Shown here: positions 10,101 to 19,651 of the stretch, piece by piece
How the letters are laid out: each line of letters begins with the position of its first letter
Numbering within the stretch: position 1 is the stretch's first letter
Source: Macrostomum hystrix
Taxonomy: Eukaryota > Animalia > Platyhelminthes
Reading direction: 5' to 3'
DNA length: 64,000 bases
Assembly: GCA_950097015.1 (NCBI GenBank)
Contig: CATNEN010000038.1
Span: forward strand, 29,946,001-30,010,000
The notes under the pieces: generated by a model
What the model was told of the DNA's origin: nothing
What the model saw: the letters and a program-made list of their open reading frames with translations, nothing else
The model's database searches: none
Position numbers and translations under genes: made by a program

Positions 10101-11866
10101 ATTTCTTACCCAGCCCATTGAAACGAGAGCAAATTATTGCGTCACAAAGAGATGACCCAGTAATTAAAGTGCTAATTGAATGGAAGAAATCAGGAGAGAA
10201 CAATCCCCAGTTACCTGAAATTGTCAGCCCAGAATTGAAGAAGATGAGGAAATTCTTTGAGGATATGAAGGTAGAGAATGAGATGCTAATCATTAGCGAA
10301 GATGACAGTTGGAAAGTTGTACTGCCCCAGTCCTTGGATAAGCTAGTTCTCAGCGATCTGCATGATAGCCCACTAGCAGGACATTTGGGACGCGATAAAA
10401 CAATTCAACGTGTCAGGCAGAGATTTTGGAGACCAGGATTGGTCAAAGCAGTGGAAGCTCATATCGCAGAGTGTATTCCGTGCCTGGAAAGCAAGAGAGG
10501 AAACCCGATTCAGGCGCCAGTGCAATCGTTCCCTATAAGTGAACCTTTTCACCGCCTGCATGTCGATTTTATAGGACCACTATCCAAAGAGAGCAAAAGA
10601 GGGCACAAGTATGTCCTAACTATTGTGGATAGCACCACTCGATATCCGTTTGCATTCCCAACTAGAAATCAAAAGTCAGATACTGTGATCAAAATCTTAC
10701 AGGAAAGAATCTTCGCAGAGTATGGGCAATGTCAGTGGTTACACACAGACAATGGCAAGGCATTCGCTAGCAAGCAGTTCAAAGCTTTTTGCGAAATGTA
10801 TAACGTGAAGCATACGTTTACAACACCCTACCATGCCCAAAGCAATGGATTGGTGGAGAGATTTAACAAGCAAATTAAATCAATAGTAACCTGTCTCATT
10901 GAGAAAGATCACAGTGATTGGGACCTTATGATCCCAGCTGCATTAGTTGCTGTCCGCACTAGTGTGAACAAAACCACAGGCTTTACTCCCCACTACCTGT
11001 TATTTGGACGGGAAGCAGTATTGCCTATGGACAGTCAAATCAGCCAACCAAAGTCATTCGCCAGTTATCCATCTTATGTGACAGAACATGCCGAACGATT
11101 GAAGATTGCGAGAGACATTGTCAAAAGAAAATTGGAGAAGGTTGTCAGTAACAGACAAGAGTCTGCGAAAAACAGCAAATTGCCTAAGACAGTCCCAGTT
11201 GGAAGTCTTGTGTTGATTAATAATCCACAGTTGGACAGTGAGGAATCTCACAAATTTCATAGGAAAAAGAGATCAGCCTTCAGAGTAATAGAGCAAATCT
11301 CAGATGTAGTGTTTCGTGTGCAAAAGGAGGAGCAAGGACAGTTAGTGGGCAATATCATGATTGTCCATAGAGACAACATAACTATTGTGCCTAATTCAAC
11401 CCAAGAGGAATTAATTAGGGGAAGCCAGGCCGCACCAGAGAAGAAAGCTAAGAAGACAGAGGTCAAAGTTAGGGGAAGCCAGCCGAAGGAGAAGGGAAGA
11501 TTTGTTCTAACAGAGGAAGATGAATCCGAAGAGGAAGAAGACAGATTAGAATGGCAATGTCATTTTAGAGAAAACCCAAGTGAAATTAATGGAGAAGATT
11601 TGGAACTAGGAGCTGAGATAGAAGTGGAGGATGAATCACACACCGAGCCTGAGGCTACGAGCAGTGAAGAGGAGAGCGAAAGCGAAGGGACAGCTGAGGG
11701 TCTGGCGACAGCCACCTCAGAAGGAGGCATGTACATTGCACAGAATGAAGAAAGGGAAGGAGTGACAAGCCGTCCGCGCAGACAAATCAGACCCCCCGCG
11801 AGGTTTGAAGGCTATTTGCAGAGGCTTGCCACCGTGTTCAGTATACTAGGGAATTTGCAGATCTAG
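7118..11866 (+). CDS. pol: Pol polyprotein (protease, reverse transcriptase, RNase H, integrase), expressed as a Gag-Pol frameshift product
   Basis: LDTGA (PR); LDLNSGYWQV, QGLSNAPGTFQR, YIDD (RT); DTDAS..IGAVL, ELLAL, TDH (RH); H-X6-H...C-X2-C, HVDFIGP, TDNG, SNGLVERFN (IN); no internal stops. Confidence 0.97.
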   Translation, partial: GKLNIEGRESRPRPSSKPRFEPQASKNRRYQAQSSNLRNAQKQSSYPASAPSASAPIASAPSASAPFALAPSALAPSASAPIASAPSASAPIALAPAASVSATIASAPCMSILEEPASEVSAPRSAAATSGNYSRTRENKRKVFVSNSKLELIKPEGFEAVIVGKFKNQEINFILDTGARNSFLSKSIWSKLLKPEQIRSTDKRVSTFDGTRVQLEGESCIPVRFGDIQIEIEFLLCGHESDNILGMEFFLGHCDSIHLAKGMLILNEGASIPMQFTHLPVKVCRVYTQEKVVIPANSALRIPVRLARDAECNFGTPMTVSMIGEGVKAKELTVEMAPTLVTMREGSAIVEIVNNNPVEVKLSKSTLVGLAKPVKASELKYFEAEKEIVSQPTGRVNQTQTVEDAWINEVNIGQDLTDDQRKSVIELMKEHREAFSQNELDMGLTHLITHEISLKDETPVRIPTRRIPPHLQKQVDTQLDDMLAKNLIRPSYSTYSTPLVIVPKKDGSIRIVSDFRVLNSKVNYVPYPLPNIHQTFTYLSGSQYFSSLDLNSGYWQVPIKEEHKFMTAFSTLTRGQFEYEVMAQGLSNAPGTFQRLMNLVLLGIQHQFAMSYIDDIVTYSKNFNDHLSHLKEVFKRLIIAGLKLRPKKCNLFHRELKYLGHVISTEGIRTDETKIEAIKTWPKPKDVKELCSFLGLCNYYSRFIKNYAEAAHPLFQLTRKGIKNFQERWSKEHDEAFESLKNRMMSTEVLAYPEFVDDEKVKMVLDTDASDSRIGAVLSQIQSDGIERPIAYFSRAMKESEKRYPITRKELLALVDAMRHFRFYLLGKKFLARTDHKAIIWLLRQTEAQGILGRWVERLNEFLFDIEHRSGAKNQNADSLSRRPADVPEAEQVIEPIVQSCSVMEESGQEVKANDSSCSLTQPQTALSEGEKRTLDPNSRIQSTISGQGEVRIPSELEHDSSIPLPSPVPEEFNPIESEDMLQATSSKCEKLLTDFLPSPLKREQIIASQRDDPVIKVLIEWKKSGENNPQLPEIVSPELKKMRKFFEDMKVENEMLIISEDDSWKVVLPQSLDKLVLSDLHDSPLAGHLGRDKTIQRVRQRFWRPGLVKAVEAHIAECIPCLESKRGNPIQAPVQSFPISEPFHRLHVDFIGPLSKESKRGHKYVLTIVDSTTRYPFAFPTRNQKSDTVIKILQERIFAEYGQCQWLHTDNGKAFASKQFKAFCEMYNVKHTFTTPYHAQSNGLVERFNKQIKSIVTCLIEKDHSDWDLMIPAALVAVRTSVNKTTGFTPHYLLFGREAVLPMDSQISQPKSFASYPSYVTEHAERLKIARDIVKRKLEKVVSNRQESAKNSKLPKTVPVGSLVLINNPQLDSEESHKFHRKKRSAFRVIEQISDVVFRVQKEEQGQLVGNIMIVHRDNITIVPNSTQEELIRGSQAAPEKKAKKTEVKVRGSQPKEKGRFVLTEEDESEEEEDRLEWQCHFRENPSEINGEDLELGAEIEVEDESHTEPEATSSEEESESEGTAEGLATATSEGGMYIAQNEEREGVTSRPRRQIRPPARFEGYLQRLATVFSILGNLQI
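7257..7440 (+). repeat. 15-bp coding minisatellite (GCGTCAGCACCATCT) encoding SAPSA/SAPIA repeats
   Basis: About 12 units in the pol frame upstream of protease. Confidence 0.9.
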
Positions 11867-11879
11867 GCAGAGATTGGGG

Positions 11880-12066
11880 TGACGCAATAATAACACAAGG
11901 AGACCACGTGCAAGGGATAGAAAGGGAGTAGGGGTTAGCCACTTCCAGTCAATTAGGTAGGGGTTAATTGAAATCAAGTAGGGAACCAATAGGATTAGAA
12001 ATAAGCCAGTATAGCCCAATGAAATCTGAGACACAATGAAGAGTGTCAGTTTCGCGCCTATATAAA
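11880..12066 (+). promoter_or_regulatory. Putative internal Pol II promoter for ORF3
   Basis: TGACGCAA 11880-11887, CACGTG 11905-11910, CCAAT 11986 and 12016, TATATAAA 12059-12066, ATG at 12130. Confidence 0.5.
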
Positions 12067-12129
12067 CCAGAGCCCTGGGAACACAAAACAAACATAAGCA
12101 GAGAGAAGAAGTCATACTGACAAAGAAGA

Positions 12130-13284
12130 ATGGAGCAAGATCAAGAAGCCATAAGCGCAAGCGAATTTGAGAAGTTGCTAGAAGCAGTTACAGTGGATTT
12201 CTCGGACAATGAGAACACTGAGCCAGACAGAGTAGAGCAAGAGAACGGAGCCGGAAATGGCGAAGACGATATCATCCAAGCAATAATTGACGAACCAGAA
12301 GGACTCGAGGCGCCACTACGGCAAAGAACGCAGCCATCCATGGTCGGTCAACAACCGAGAGTGAACACCCAAAAGCGAGCCGCCACCACTATGCAAGATG
12401 AGATCGCGAACAAGAAGAGATTGCCGAGCTCTAGGCTACCGGTGTACCTCGACGCCACCACGCGGTTGAATCTGCTCCGGCAGCAGTCGATAGCACCGGT
12501 GGCAGCATTGGAAGCTGTTCAAGCTAAGACATCTGAAGCCGCCAGGGTCACCAAGGCAATTGAAGCTCCAAGCCAGGAACCAGGTCGGCGTGCTGCCGGA
12601 CGACGATGGATAACGCCGAAGCCGAGCCCTCAACCACGGCCACCGCCTAAGGGACGGCATATAGCGCCAAAGGCTAACAAGGTACCGATCCAGTACCAGT
12701 ACCGGACGGACTTTCAGCAACAGCCGCAGTCATCGCAGCCACAGTCGTCGCAGCAGCAGCAGCCACCGCCACAGCCATCACGGAAGCAGCCCCAGCCGCA
12801 GCAATCGCAGCAGCCGCAGCCGCCGCAGCAGCAGCAGCCGTTGCAGCAAGAGCGGCAGTTCCAGCAGTCGCCTCAGCCGCAGCCGAACTCGGATATGGAA
12901 GAAGACATCGAAATGGAGCCGGCGGAGAGCCAAGAAGAATTCGCCCGAGCGATGGCTGAAATTCCGAAGGCCCAACATGAACACTACACGCGGCTAATTC
13001 GTCACATGAAAGGATATGTCCTGGACGCCAGGTTGTACAATAATGACCGGCGGTACCCACAGCGCGCCGCAATTTATTCTGCTATGCGGGTACTGTGCGA
13101 CAAATTCGCCAGAGGATACTGCATTACCGCCTGGAAGAGGGCCGTGCATTATGCTAGGAAGGTAATCAACCGCAGCCCCTTGCCGGTGAATCGCATCCCC
13201 CTCAACATTGAGTTGAGGTGGATGGCGAGCACAGTCGGTTGGCCCCGCAACGAAAGACTGCCTACCGAGTGCTATTTCTCTTAA
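12130..13284 (+). CDS. Retrotransposon ORF3 of unknown function (not env-like)
   Basis: 384-aa intact ORF between pol and the PPT; acidic N-terminus, Q/P-rich middle, ~110-aa basic/aromatic C-terminal domain; no signal peptide or TM segment. Confidence 0.85.
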   Translation: MEQDQEAISASEFEKLLEAVTVDFSDNENTEPDRVEQENGAGNGEDDIIQAIIDEPEGLEAPLRQRTQPSMVGQQPRVNTQKRAATTMQDEIANKKRLPSSRLPVYLDATTRLNLLRQQSIAPVAALEAVQAKTSEAARVTKAIEAPSQEPGRRAAGRRWITPKPSPQPRPPPKGRHIAPKANKVPIQYQYRTDFQQQPQSSQPQSSQQQQPPPQPSRKQPQPQQSQQPQPPQQQQPLQQERQFQQSPQPQPNSDMEEDIEMEPAESQEEFARAMAEIPKAQHEHYTRLIRHMKGYVLDARLYNNDRRYPQRAAIYSAMRVLCDKFARGYCITAWKRAVHYARKVINRSPLPVNRIPLNIELRWMASTVGWPRNERLPTECYFS

Positions 13285-13398
13285 AAGGACAATTTAACCG
13301 TTTTTATTTTGCTTTTTGTCACGCGTTGTGTGCCTGATATTTGTACTTTCTACTTTTTATAAATTTTGTCACGCGTTTTACTTATTCAAAAATTTATA

Positions 13399-13412
13399 TA
13401 GGGGAAGCCAGT
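13399..13412 (+). promoter_or_regulatory. Polypurine tract TAGGGGAAGCCAGT
   Basis: Immediately 5' of the 3' LTR. Confidence 0.85.
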
Positions 13413-14206
13413 TGAGGCAGGCCCAAATTTATCGTATATTGCTAACTTGAATTACCGCCAAATGTTTTCCTCGATCTTTTTGTCTTTGTTTTACTATGCT
13501 TTGTCATCCACCTCAATTCTTAGTATAAATACAAGCGCATTTTAGCCCTCGAAAAACCCAACCGGTGCCCCGTGCCCAGTTCGGAGAGCAAAAAGGAGAA
13601 TAAATCTCAAAGTGTTTTTCAATTATTTTAGAAAGGAGAAAAGCAGGTCCGTGTTAATACACAAGCCAGGAATATTCGAAAGAATAAAGAAAGGAATAGT
13701 CATAAAAAGCAGTGGAGTGTAAAACTAAAGAGCAGAAGGGTAAATCCCGATTGGTGGAAAAGCACTGTGTGCAAAGTTGGGCAACTTCAGTCCATTGGAA
13801 GCCTTGAAAGACTGGGAACAAACCAGAGAGCCAGACAGTTGTGAGTAAGTAGAGGAGAGGAAGAAGTGTCTTGCCGCTCGGACACTCGTGAGAACGCTAC
13901 CAAATTTTTGGAAGGAAAGCAGCCTATCTGGCCAAGTTAAACAATATATGCATATGCAATAAGAGGATACATAGCTAGCCTATGAAGAATAACTAAGTCA
14001 TAGACAAGGGAAATTAAGAGTTATTTCAAAGGGTAATCCAAGGTGTGAAATAAGCAATTGTTAATATTTAATAAAAGAGTATCGGTGATATTTAAACCCA
14101 AAGAGGAGAGAGCCTACGACAACTTAGTGGCAGCTGTAAGATATTAGTAAGGAGCCCTACATCAATTTGGTGAAAGCAGTGGGATTTAAGAAGTAGGCCT
14201 ACGACA
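13413..14206 (+). repeat. 3' LTR
   Basis: 794 bp, matches 5364-6157, followed by the TTAG TSD. Confidence 0.97.
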
Positions 14207-14650
14207 TTAGTTCTTATCAATTACATATACTTTCGTTAATAAAATTCATTTTTTTCGATGTTAAAATAATTTTTAAAAAAATCGGCACTTTGATTGAGTA
14301 ATGATTAACAATAATTCTAATTCTAAATATTCTAATTAATTTTTATCAGTTACATACAGTTTCGTTAATAAATTTCGTTCTTTTCATGCTGAAAGATTAA
14401 ATAAAAAGCAGCACTTTTATTGAGTAAATATTCTTCGCATTAGTTCTAATTCTAAAAAATTCAAATTACTCGTAGTTCTTATCAATTACATATAGTTTCG
14501 TTAATAACTTTCGTTTTTTCCGATGTTAAAAAATTTATTTAAAAAAAATCAGCACTCTGATTGAGTAATGATTATCAATAATTCTAATTCTAAATATTCA
14601 AATTATTTTTTATCAGTTACATACAGTTTCGTTTAGAAATTTCTTTCTTT
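14207..14650. repeat. AT-rich ~125-bp tandem repeat, right part
   Basis: TTATCA(A/G)TTACATA..TTTCGTT at about 14215, 14343, 14480 and 14610. Confidence 0.8.
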
Positions 14651-15778
14651 TCTATGTCTAGAAAATCAGGACCTTGATTGTCTATCCGCCTTGATAATAC
14701 AGTTGTCAACTATAAAGCGTTATGACAGGTATGTTATGTTACGAGTTTGTCAATGTCAAAACTGAATTATTTAGATTGCTGCAATAAAACCACAGAAGAA
14801 CAACTGTCAAGTTTAATTTGTGGTTAGTAAAATTTACATTTTTATGCTATGTTTTCGTCAGCTGCATTAGAAAAAAAGTAGAAAAAAATATTCAACTAAT
14901 CGCGTTGAAAATCCAGAACACTGGCAAAAGATTTTCCGCTCTATCCGATGAAACCACTTCCCGAGGAACAAAATATCGGCACATGCGTCGAGATATTCAA
15001 CGATTGTCTGGTGACAAGAACCACAATTTTTTGCTAACTATAATAAATATCATCATGCACTTTTGTCGGCTATAATTTTTAACTATGATAAAATGATACT
15101 TTCAACTATTTTTGATTGACAAAACACTTTTTTCAATTTGTGAGCTAATCTGGATTCACCATAGAAGTACAGAGCAATATGTTAGCTATCCTTGTCACCA
15201 GGGTTTTCGACAAGAATCGTTAATTATCTCAACGATGCTGACTCGGATTGCTTTTGAAATTTAGTACATCGTAAAGGGAAGAAAATTTTGATTGCAACAT
15301 GGTGGACTTACACGAAAATCGGTCATTCTGCTTGGGAGCTATCGTGACGTAGGCAGTGGGTATTTGAAATACATCTGTGCATGCAGGTCTTTCCCCCAGC
15401 GGGAATAGCCCGGACTTCGCTCGTAGTATTAACAGCATGGCTCAACTTTCAAAAGTCCAAAGTGATCTGCATTGTCGTTAATCTACGCCATGTCACATGG
15501 CGCAGTTGATTTGCAATGAATCAAAGAAGGGAATTATAACTAAAAAAGACAGGTGTCTCGGTCTAATGATGTCGGCTTTTGTACTCATAAGTTCTCGAAT
15601 CGTAATTTTCAAGACTTAGAGTATGCTTTTTGCTTATTTTAATTTTAAAGTCCACAAATATTACAAAGCTAACAGACATTTTTTGCGCATTAAAAATTAA
15701 AAAAATGATGCGAAAATTGCTATTTAAACATTGACATCGACTTCACCGAAGTTTCTCAATCCACAGAAGACATCCACC

Positions 15779-16519
15779 ATGCTTATTTTCTTGGTCCTCT
15801 TCACCGTATTTTGCAGCCAACTGGTTGTGCTGCCTGTCAGCGCCCTCTGTCCCTCACAATTCAAACTGGAGGCAGGCAGGTGCGTGTTTGTAAGCCCGGC
15901 TCAGAGCCACACCTGGTGCTCGGCTAATCGACAATGCGCAGCCATCGGAGGCGAGCTGCTCAACTCGTACAACTCGCTGAAGCTGCTGAGTAGTATGCCG
16001 AGTGTCACTGGCTGCTCTTGTAGACTGTGGGTCGGACTCAGCGACCTGCCTGATGAACGAGGCGTGAGCAAGGAAGGATGGCAACAGATCAACGACAATG
16101 GTGTTCTTCCAATAGACAACTCATTATGGTTCAGTGGTATGCCTAACAACAACGGCAATCAGGACTGTGGGGTAACAGCGCCTGCCAACCTAAAGCTCAT
16201 TGACATGCACTGCTCCTCGCAACGTGGATTCGTGTGCGAATTCGAACCAGCGACTGTGCCTGCCCGCATTACTCGCTACTGGCAGCGGACTCCGTTCAAG
16301 CGCACGAGCTACAATCCAAGCACAAAGTACTGCTATACGGATCTGTATGGTGTTAGCAATGCAATCAGATGCGTGGCAGCTGCGGTGAGTCGAGGCACCA
16401 GCCGACATGTTCTGTACAACCGCAAGCTGAGAATCTGTCGCCTACTGCTGTTTAGTGATGCTCAGGTTGAGCAAGAAATTGAGAACAGCATCGAATGGAT
16501 GAAGTTTAGCGTTAACTGA
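15779..16519 (+). CDS. Secreted C-type lectin domain protein with a Cys-containing (PAN/apple-like) C-terminal module
   Basis: Signal peptide from ATG 15779 (CCACCATG); W..A...C...GG.L, WVGLSD, W..GMPNN..GNQDC, D..C.....F.CE; tail C...C...VLYN....CRL. Confidence 0.85.
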   Translation: MLIFLVLFTVFCSQLVVLPVSALCPSQFKLEAGRCVFVSPAQSHTWCSANRQCAAIGGELLNSYNSLKLLSSMPSVTGCSCRLWVGLSDLPDERGVSKEGWQQINDNGVLPIDNSLWFSGMPNNNGNQDCGVTAPANLKLIDMHCSSQRGFVCEFEPATVPARITRYWQRTPFKRTSYNPSTKYCYTDLYGVSNAIRCVAAAVSRGTSRHVLYNRKLRICRLLLFSDAQVEQEIENSIEWMKFSVN

Positions 16520-17265
16520 CGCATGATTTCTGAGCCTGTACATTCATTTATGGATGCAAGCTCCGATGATATGATATTGATTGTTCTAAAAATTCTATTT
16601 CATGAAAAACATACAATTTGCTTTTATTCAAGCAATGCCGTCGTACTACTTACAAGTAGCTAGCAAAATCTAGCGAGCAACAAAAAGCTTACATTATAAA
16701 CTCGCAATAATCGCAAGCCAAATAGCAGCTATTAGTGCTCAGAACGGATCAAACCTGATTCACTGAAACGTTCATCGGTACTGCTACCGATAGTCATTTC
16801 CTCTCTAAGCCTAAAGTTTTAACATGCTACGAAAAACACTTATAGGTACTTCAAATATGCAGGACATGACGATACCATGCAGTTCCTGCAAATCATCAAA
16901 TGCTAGAAAAAGCAGAATAATCGACTGCCTGGTTCTGAACATTAGCGACTATAACTTTATATCTACATCGATGGTCTCAGATTTGTTTTGAAATGCAACT
17001 CATGTTTTTATATTGATGTGGATTATTCCAAAAATAGTTGGCTGTCCATTGGTTATCCATTGCTCATTAGAATCATCTTGACGCGCACAGCGAGATGACT
17101 TGACTGATTACCTGGTCGACAGGGTGCAAATTACCCAGAGCATTAGTGGAGTGTGCATTTCAGGCTAGTGAGAACAACCAGGCTATCGTGTTGTGCCGCA
17201 TTGCAGCAAACACCAGCCTGTCTCTGCTCTTCGTGAGTTACGTGGATTCTAATCTGAACTTGCTA

Positions 17266-17450
17266 ATAATAATAACAATAATAACTGCAGGAGGGCTGCG
17301 GGCAATGGCAAACCTTTAATGATACGAGACACGCAGCAGAGAAGATGCTGTTCTGCCATTCCACTGACTCATGAGCACACACGCACACTGATACCGTACG
17401 CAGGCACACGCTCACACAGGTGTGTAAATCTGCCCTGACTTTCTCATCGC
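17266..17450 (-). mobile_element. tRNA-derived SINE family A, 3' fragment
   Basis: Shares CAGGAGGGCTGCGGGCA and GCTCACACAGGTGTG...CTGCCCTGACTTTCTCATCG with 32615-32979; (TAA)n tail. Confidence 0.8.
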
Positions 17451-17575
17451 TAATGAAATGTTGCCTGTCGCGGAATCGTTAGACCGGTCTGCCACTCACC
17501 CCCATGTGAGCTTGTTTAATTTAATTTAATTTTTTCCATCTAATTATTAAGCAAAAATTAAAAATTTTCACGCAA

Positions 17576-18156
17576 GGCGTCTTGACCTTCTTGGATCACA
17601 CTGTTGCTGGCGGACATTCCAGCACAGGTGGACTTCTACCGAAACTGGGCGGACTATCTGTCTATCTGACTATCTGGCGATTCATCAGCTGACTCGAACC
17701 GGAGACAGGAGGGTGAGGTGGGAGATAAGCTCTTAAAACGGCAGCTGGTGGTGGTGGAAGAACTCCGCTTTCATTGTTGAAGACTCGAGTCAGGGCTATC
17801 GAGTCACGGTCGGGGACCAGGAGGTCAGTCGATCCAATGTCATGCAGTGCTCAAGCAGCTCTTTGCAGCACATGAACAAACAAAAATTTTCAACTCCGGA
17901 CAAAGACCAAGATTACAACGGTGCTGTCAGCTGTGCAGGTCTGTACCAGAGTGGCTGGTGGTTCAAAAGCTGCTTCTGTTTCAACCCGAATGGCAAATAC
18001 TTCACGCCGCCAGTGGCACTGGACTTGCCTACCAACGGGAAGGCTAATCATGGAATTTCATTTTCCGCTTCGGCTTCTCCAAATTCGAATTCGTATCCTC
18101 TGAACTATGCACATTCGATGAAGACTTTTGAGAGCATGCTCATGGACTTTTGTTAA
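17576..18156 (+). pseudogene. Fibrinogen-related domain (FReD/ficolin-like), apparently disrupted
   Basis: FSTPDKDQD..SCA...SGWWF..C...NPNG.Y in ORF 17842-18156; upstream VDFYRNWADY (~17628) and AIHQLT lie in broken frames; the GFG..EFWLG segment is missing. Confidence 0.7.
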
Positions 18157-18422
18157 ATCTAGAGCTTCTAGAGCTAATCTCAAGTATAAATCTTGAAGAG
18201 AACCTAAAGGAACGAGTTATCTCTTTTTCAATTGTCCTAATTTTCTCTTCGTTTAAAACCTTTTTTCTAAACATAGCATACAATCACATGTGAATTACGA
18301 GCGTATTAGCCTTTACGATAGTGTTACTTAAGACATGCGTTGACAAAATTTATTACAACAAAATCGTATTTGTTTTGCTCGATTTTATTTGCAACAGAGG
18401 TAACAGACATGCATTAGTAAGG

Positions 18423-18966
18423 TGTGACGATATCGGGGCTTAGCCCAAAATAACGAAGGCGAGGCTGTGTAGCGGTAGCACTTTTATTTGACACAATAGA
18501 ACGATGTCGGTAAAACACCGGCGATGATAGCTTCTAGTTTATTATTGATATGATTGTACTGATAGTGGTTCCGTTATCAGTCGGACCGCAATGGCAGTAT
18601 TGGGAATGCACTAGACGGCTATGCAACAAAATAGGTAACTATTATAAATTTAGCAGGATAACGAGCGGCGAGGATATCAATGTAGGGAGGCTGTCAGAGC
18701 TAGGCGAGAATCCAAATGGCGATGATACCGAGCAATGAACCGAGGCGAGAGAAAGGGTGACGATGAAGCGGACTGTGGCGGTGGCGTGATCGAGCAGTGG
18801 CAAAACTTCTGGCTGATGGCGTGGGTGAGATGCACCCCTAATGCTGAGCCTCTTTTACATTTGGGTTGCGAAAGGTGCCTCGCGCGGCCAATTCCCTAAG
18901 AAAATTCTAAGAATATAATACCCGAACCTGCAGCAAGTGTAAAAGTACATTTAGAAATGCGTCACA
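18423..18966. mobile_element. Possible solo-LTR-like repeat
   Basis: TGTGACG...CGTCACA termini and minus-strand AATAAA near 18485, but no TSD found. Confidence 0.3.
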
Positions 18967-19651
18967 GATTAAATTTATCATAAACGTAACTAAAGAGTTG
19001 CGACGAGTGGAGGGGACAAACGAATCTTTAATCCCATCTAATTGCACCTATAATGCGTATCTGATTGAGACATTTGGAAGGGATTAAAGTTCTAAATTTA
19101 GCCAATCTAAATTCCCATGAGGCCCGGGCTGGTGGAGATATAATTTGCATTATCCATTGCAGACTCCCTCAAGGCATGCGGGCGCAGGCGATGTCAATAG
19201 AGCTCAAGGCTTATCTGCTCAACGACTGAGTAGGATATTTCGAGGTTTAAAAATAGCCGAATAGACTCCGAGACGAGCTTTATCGATCGTCACTCAGCTA
19301 TTTATTTTTTTTAAGATAAAAAATCGCAGTCAAAAGCTGCTGGCATAGCTACAGATATTTTACATACAATTTTTATGTGAATTTCGTTGGATACAAAATT
19401 ATAGCATAAATAATAACAGATTTGTTTAAAAGTACAAAAGATTGTTTCTTATTTTCGACATACGAAGTAGATGTCTACGCTCTGTAAAATCTACTACTAA
19501 ATAATAGTATATGACCAGCAACCAAGAAGATCACGGTTTAAAGCCCTTAGAAGAAGAATAATTTAAAATACGGAATTTCACTACTCACCTTTTTCTTACT
19601 TGATATCTCTTCGATAAATCAGCTACCCCTATGATATATCCCTCGGCAAAG

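Larger units (their letters stand above)
5364..14206 (+). mobile_element. Full-length Ty3/gypsy LTR retrotransposon with an extra third ORF
   Basis: Two 794-bp LTRs (TG...CA), 4-bp TSD TTAG (5360-5363 / 14207-14210), PBS, PPT, gag, and pol in PR-RT-RH-IN order. Confidence 0.97.

Noticed and set aside
6461-11466. Antisense ORFs within gag/pol and within the protocadherin
   Set aside because: Short shadows of the sense-strand coding sequence with no recognisable motifs.
12130-13284. ORF3 as envelope gene
   Set aside because: No signal peptide, transmembrane anchor or Cys-rich ectodomain.
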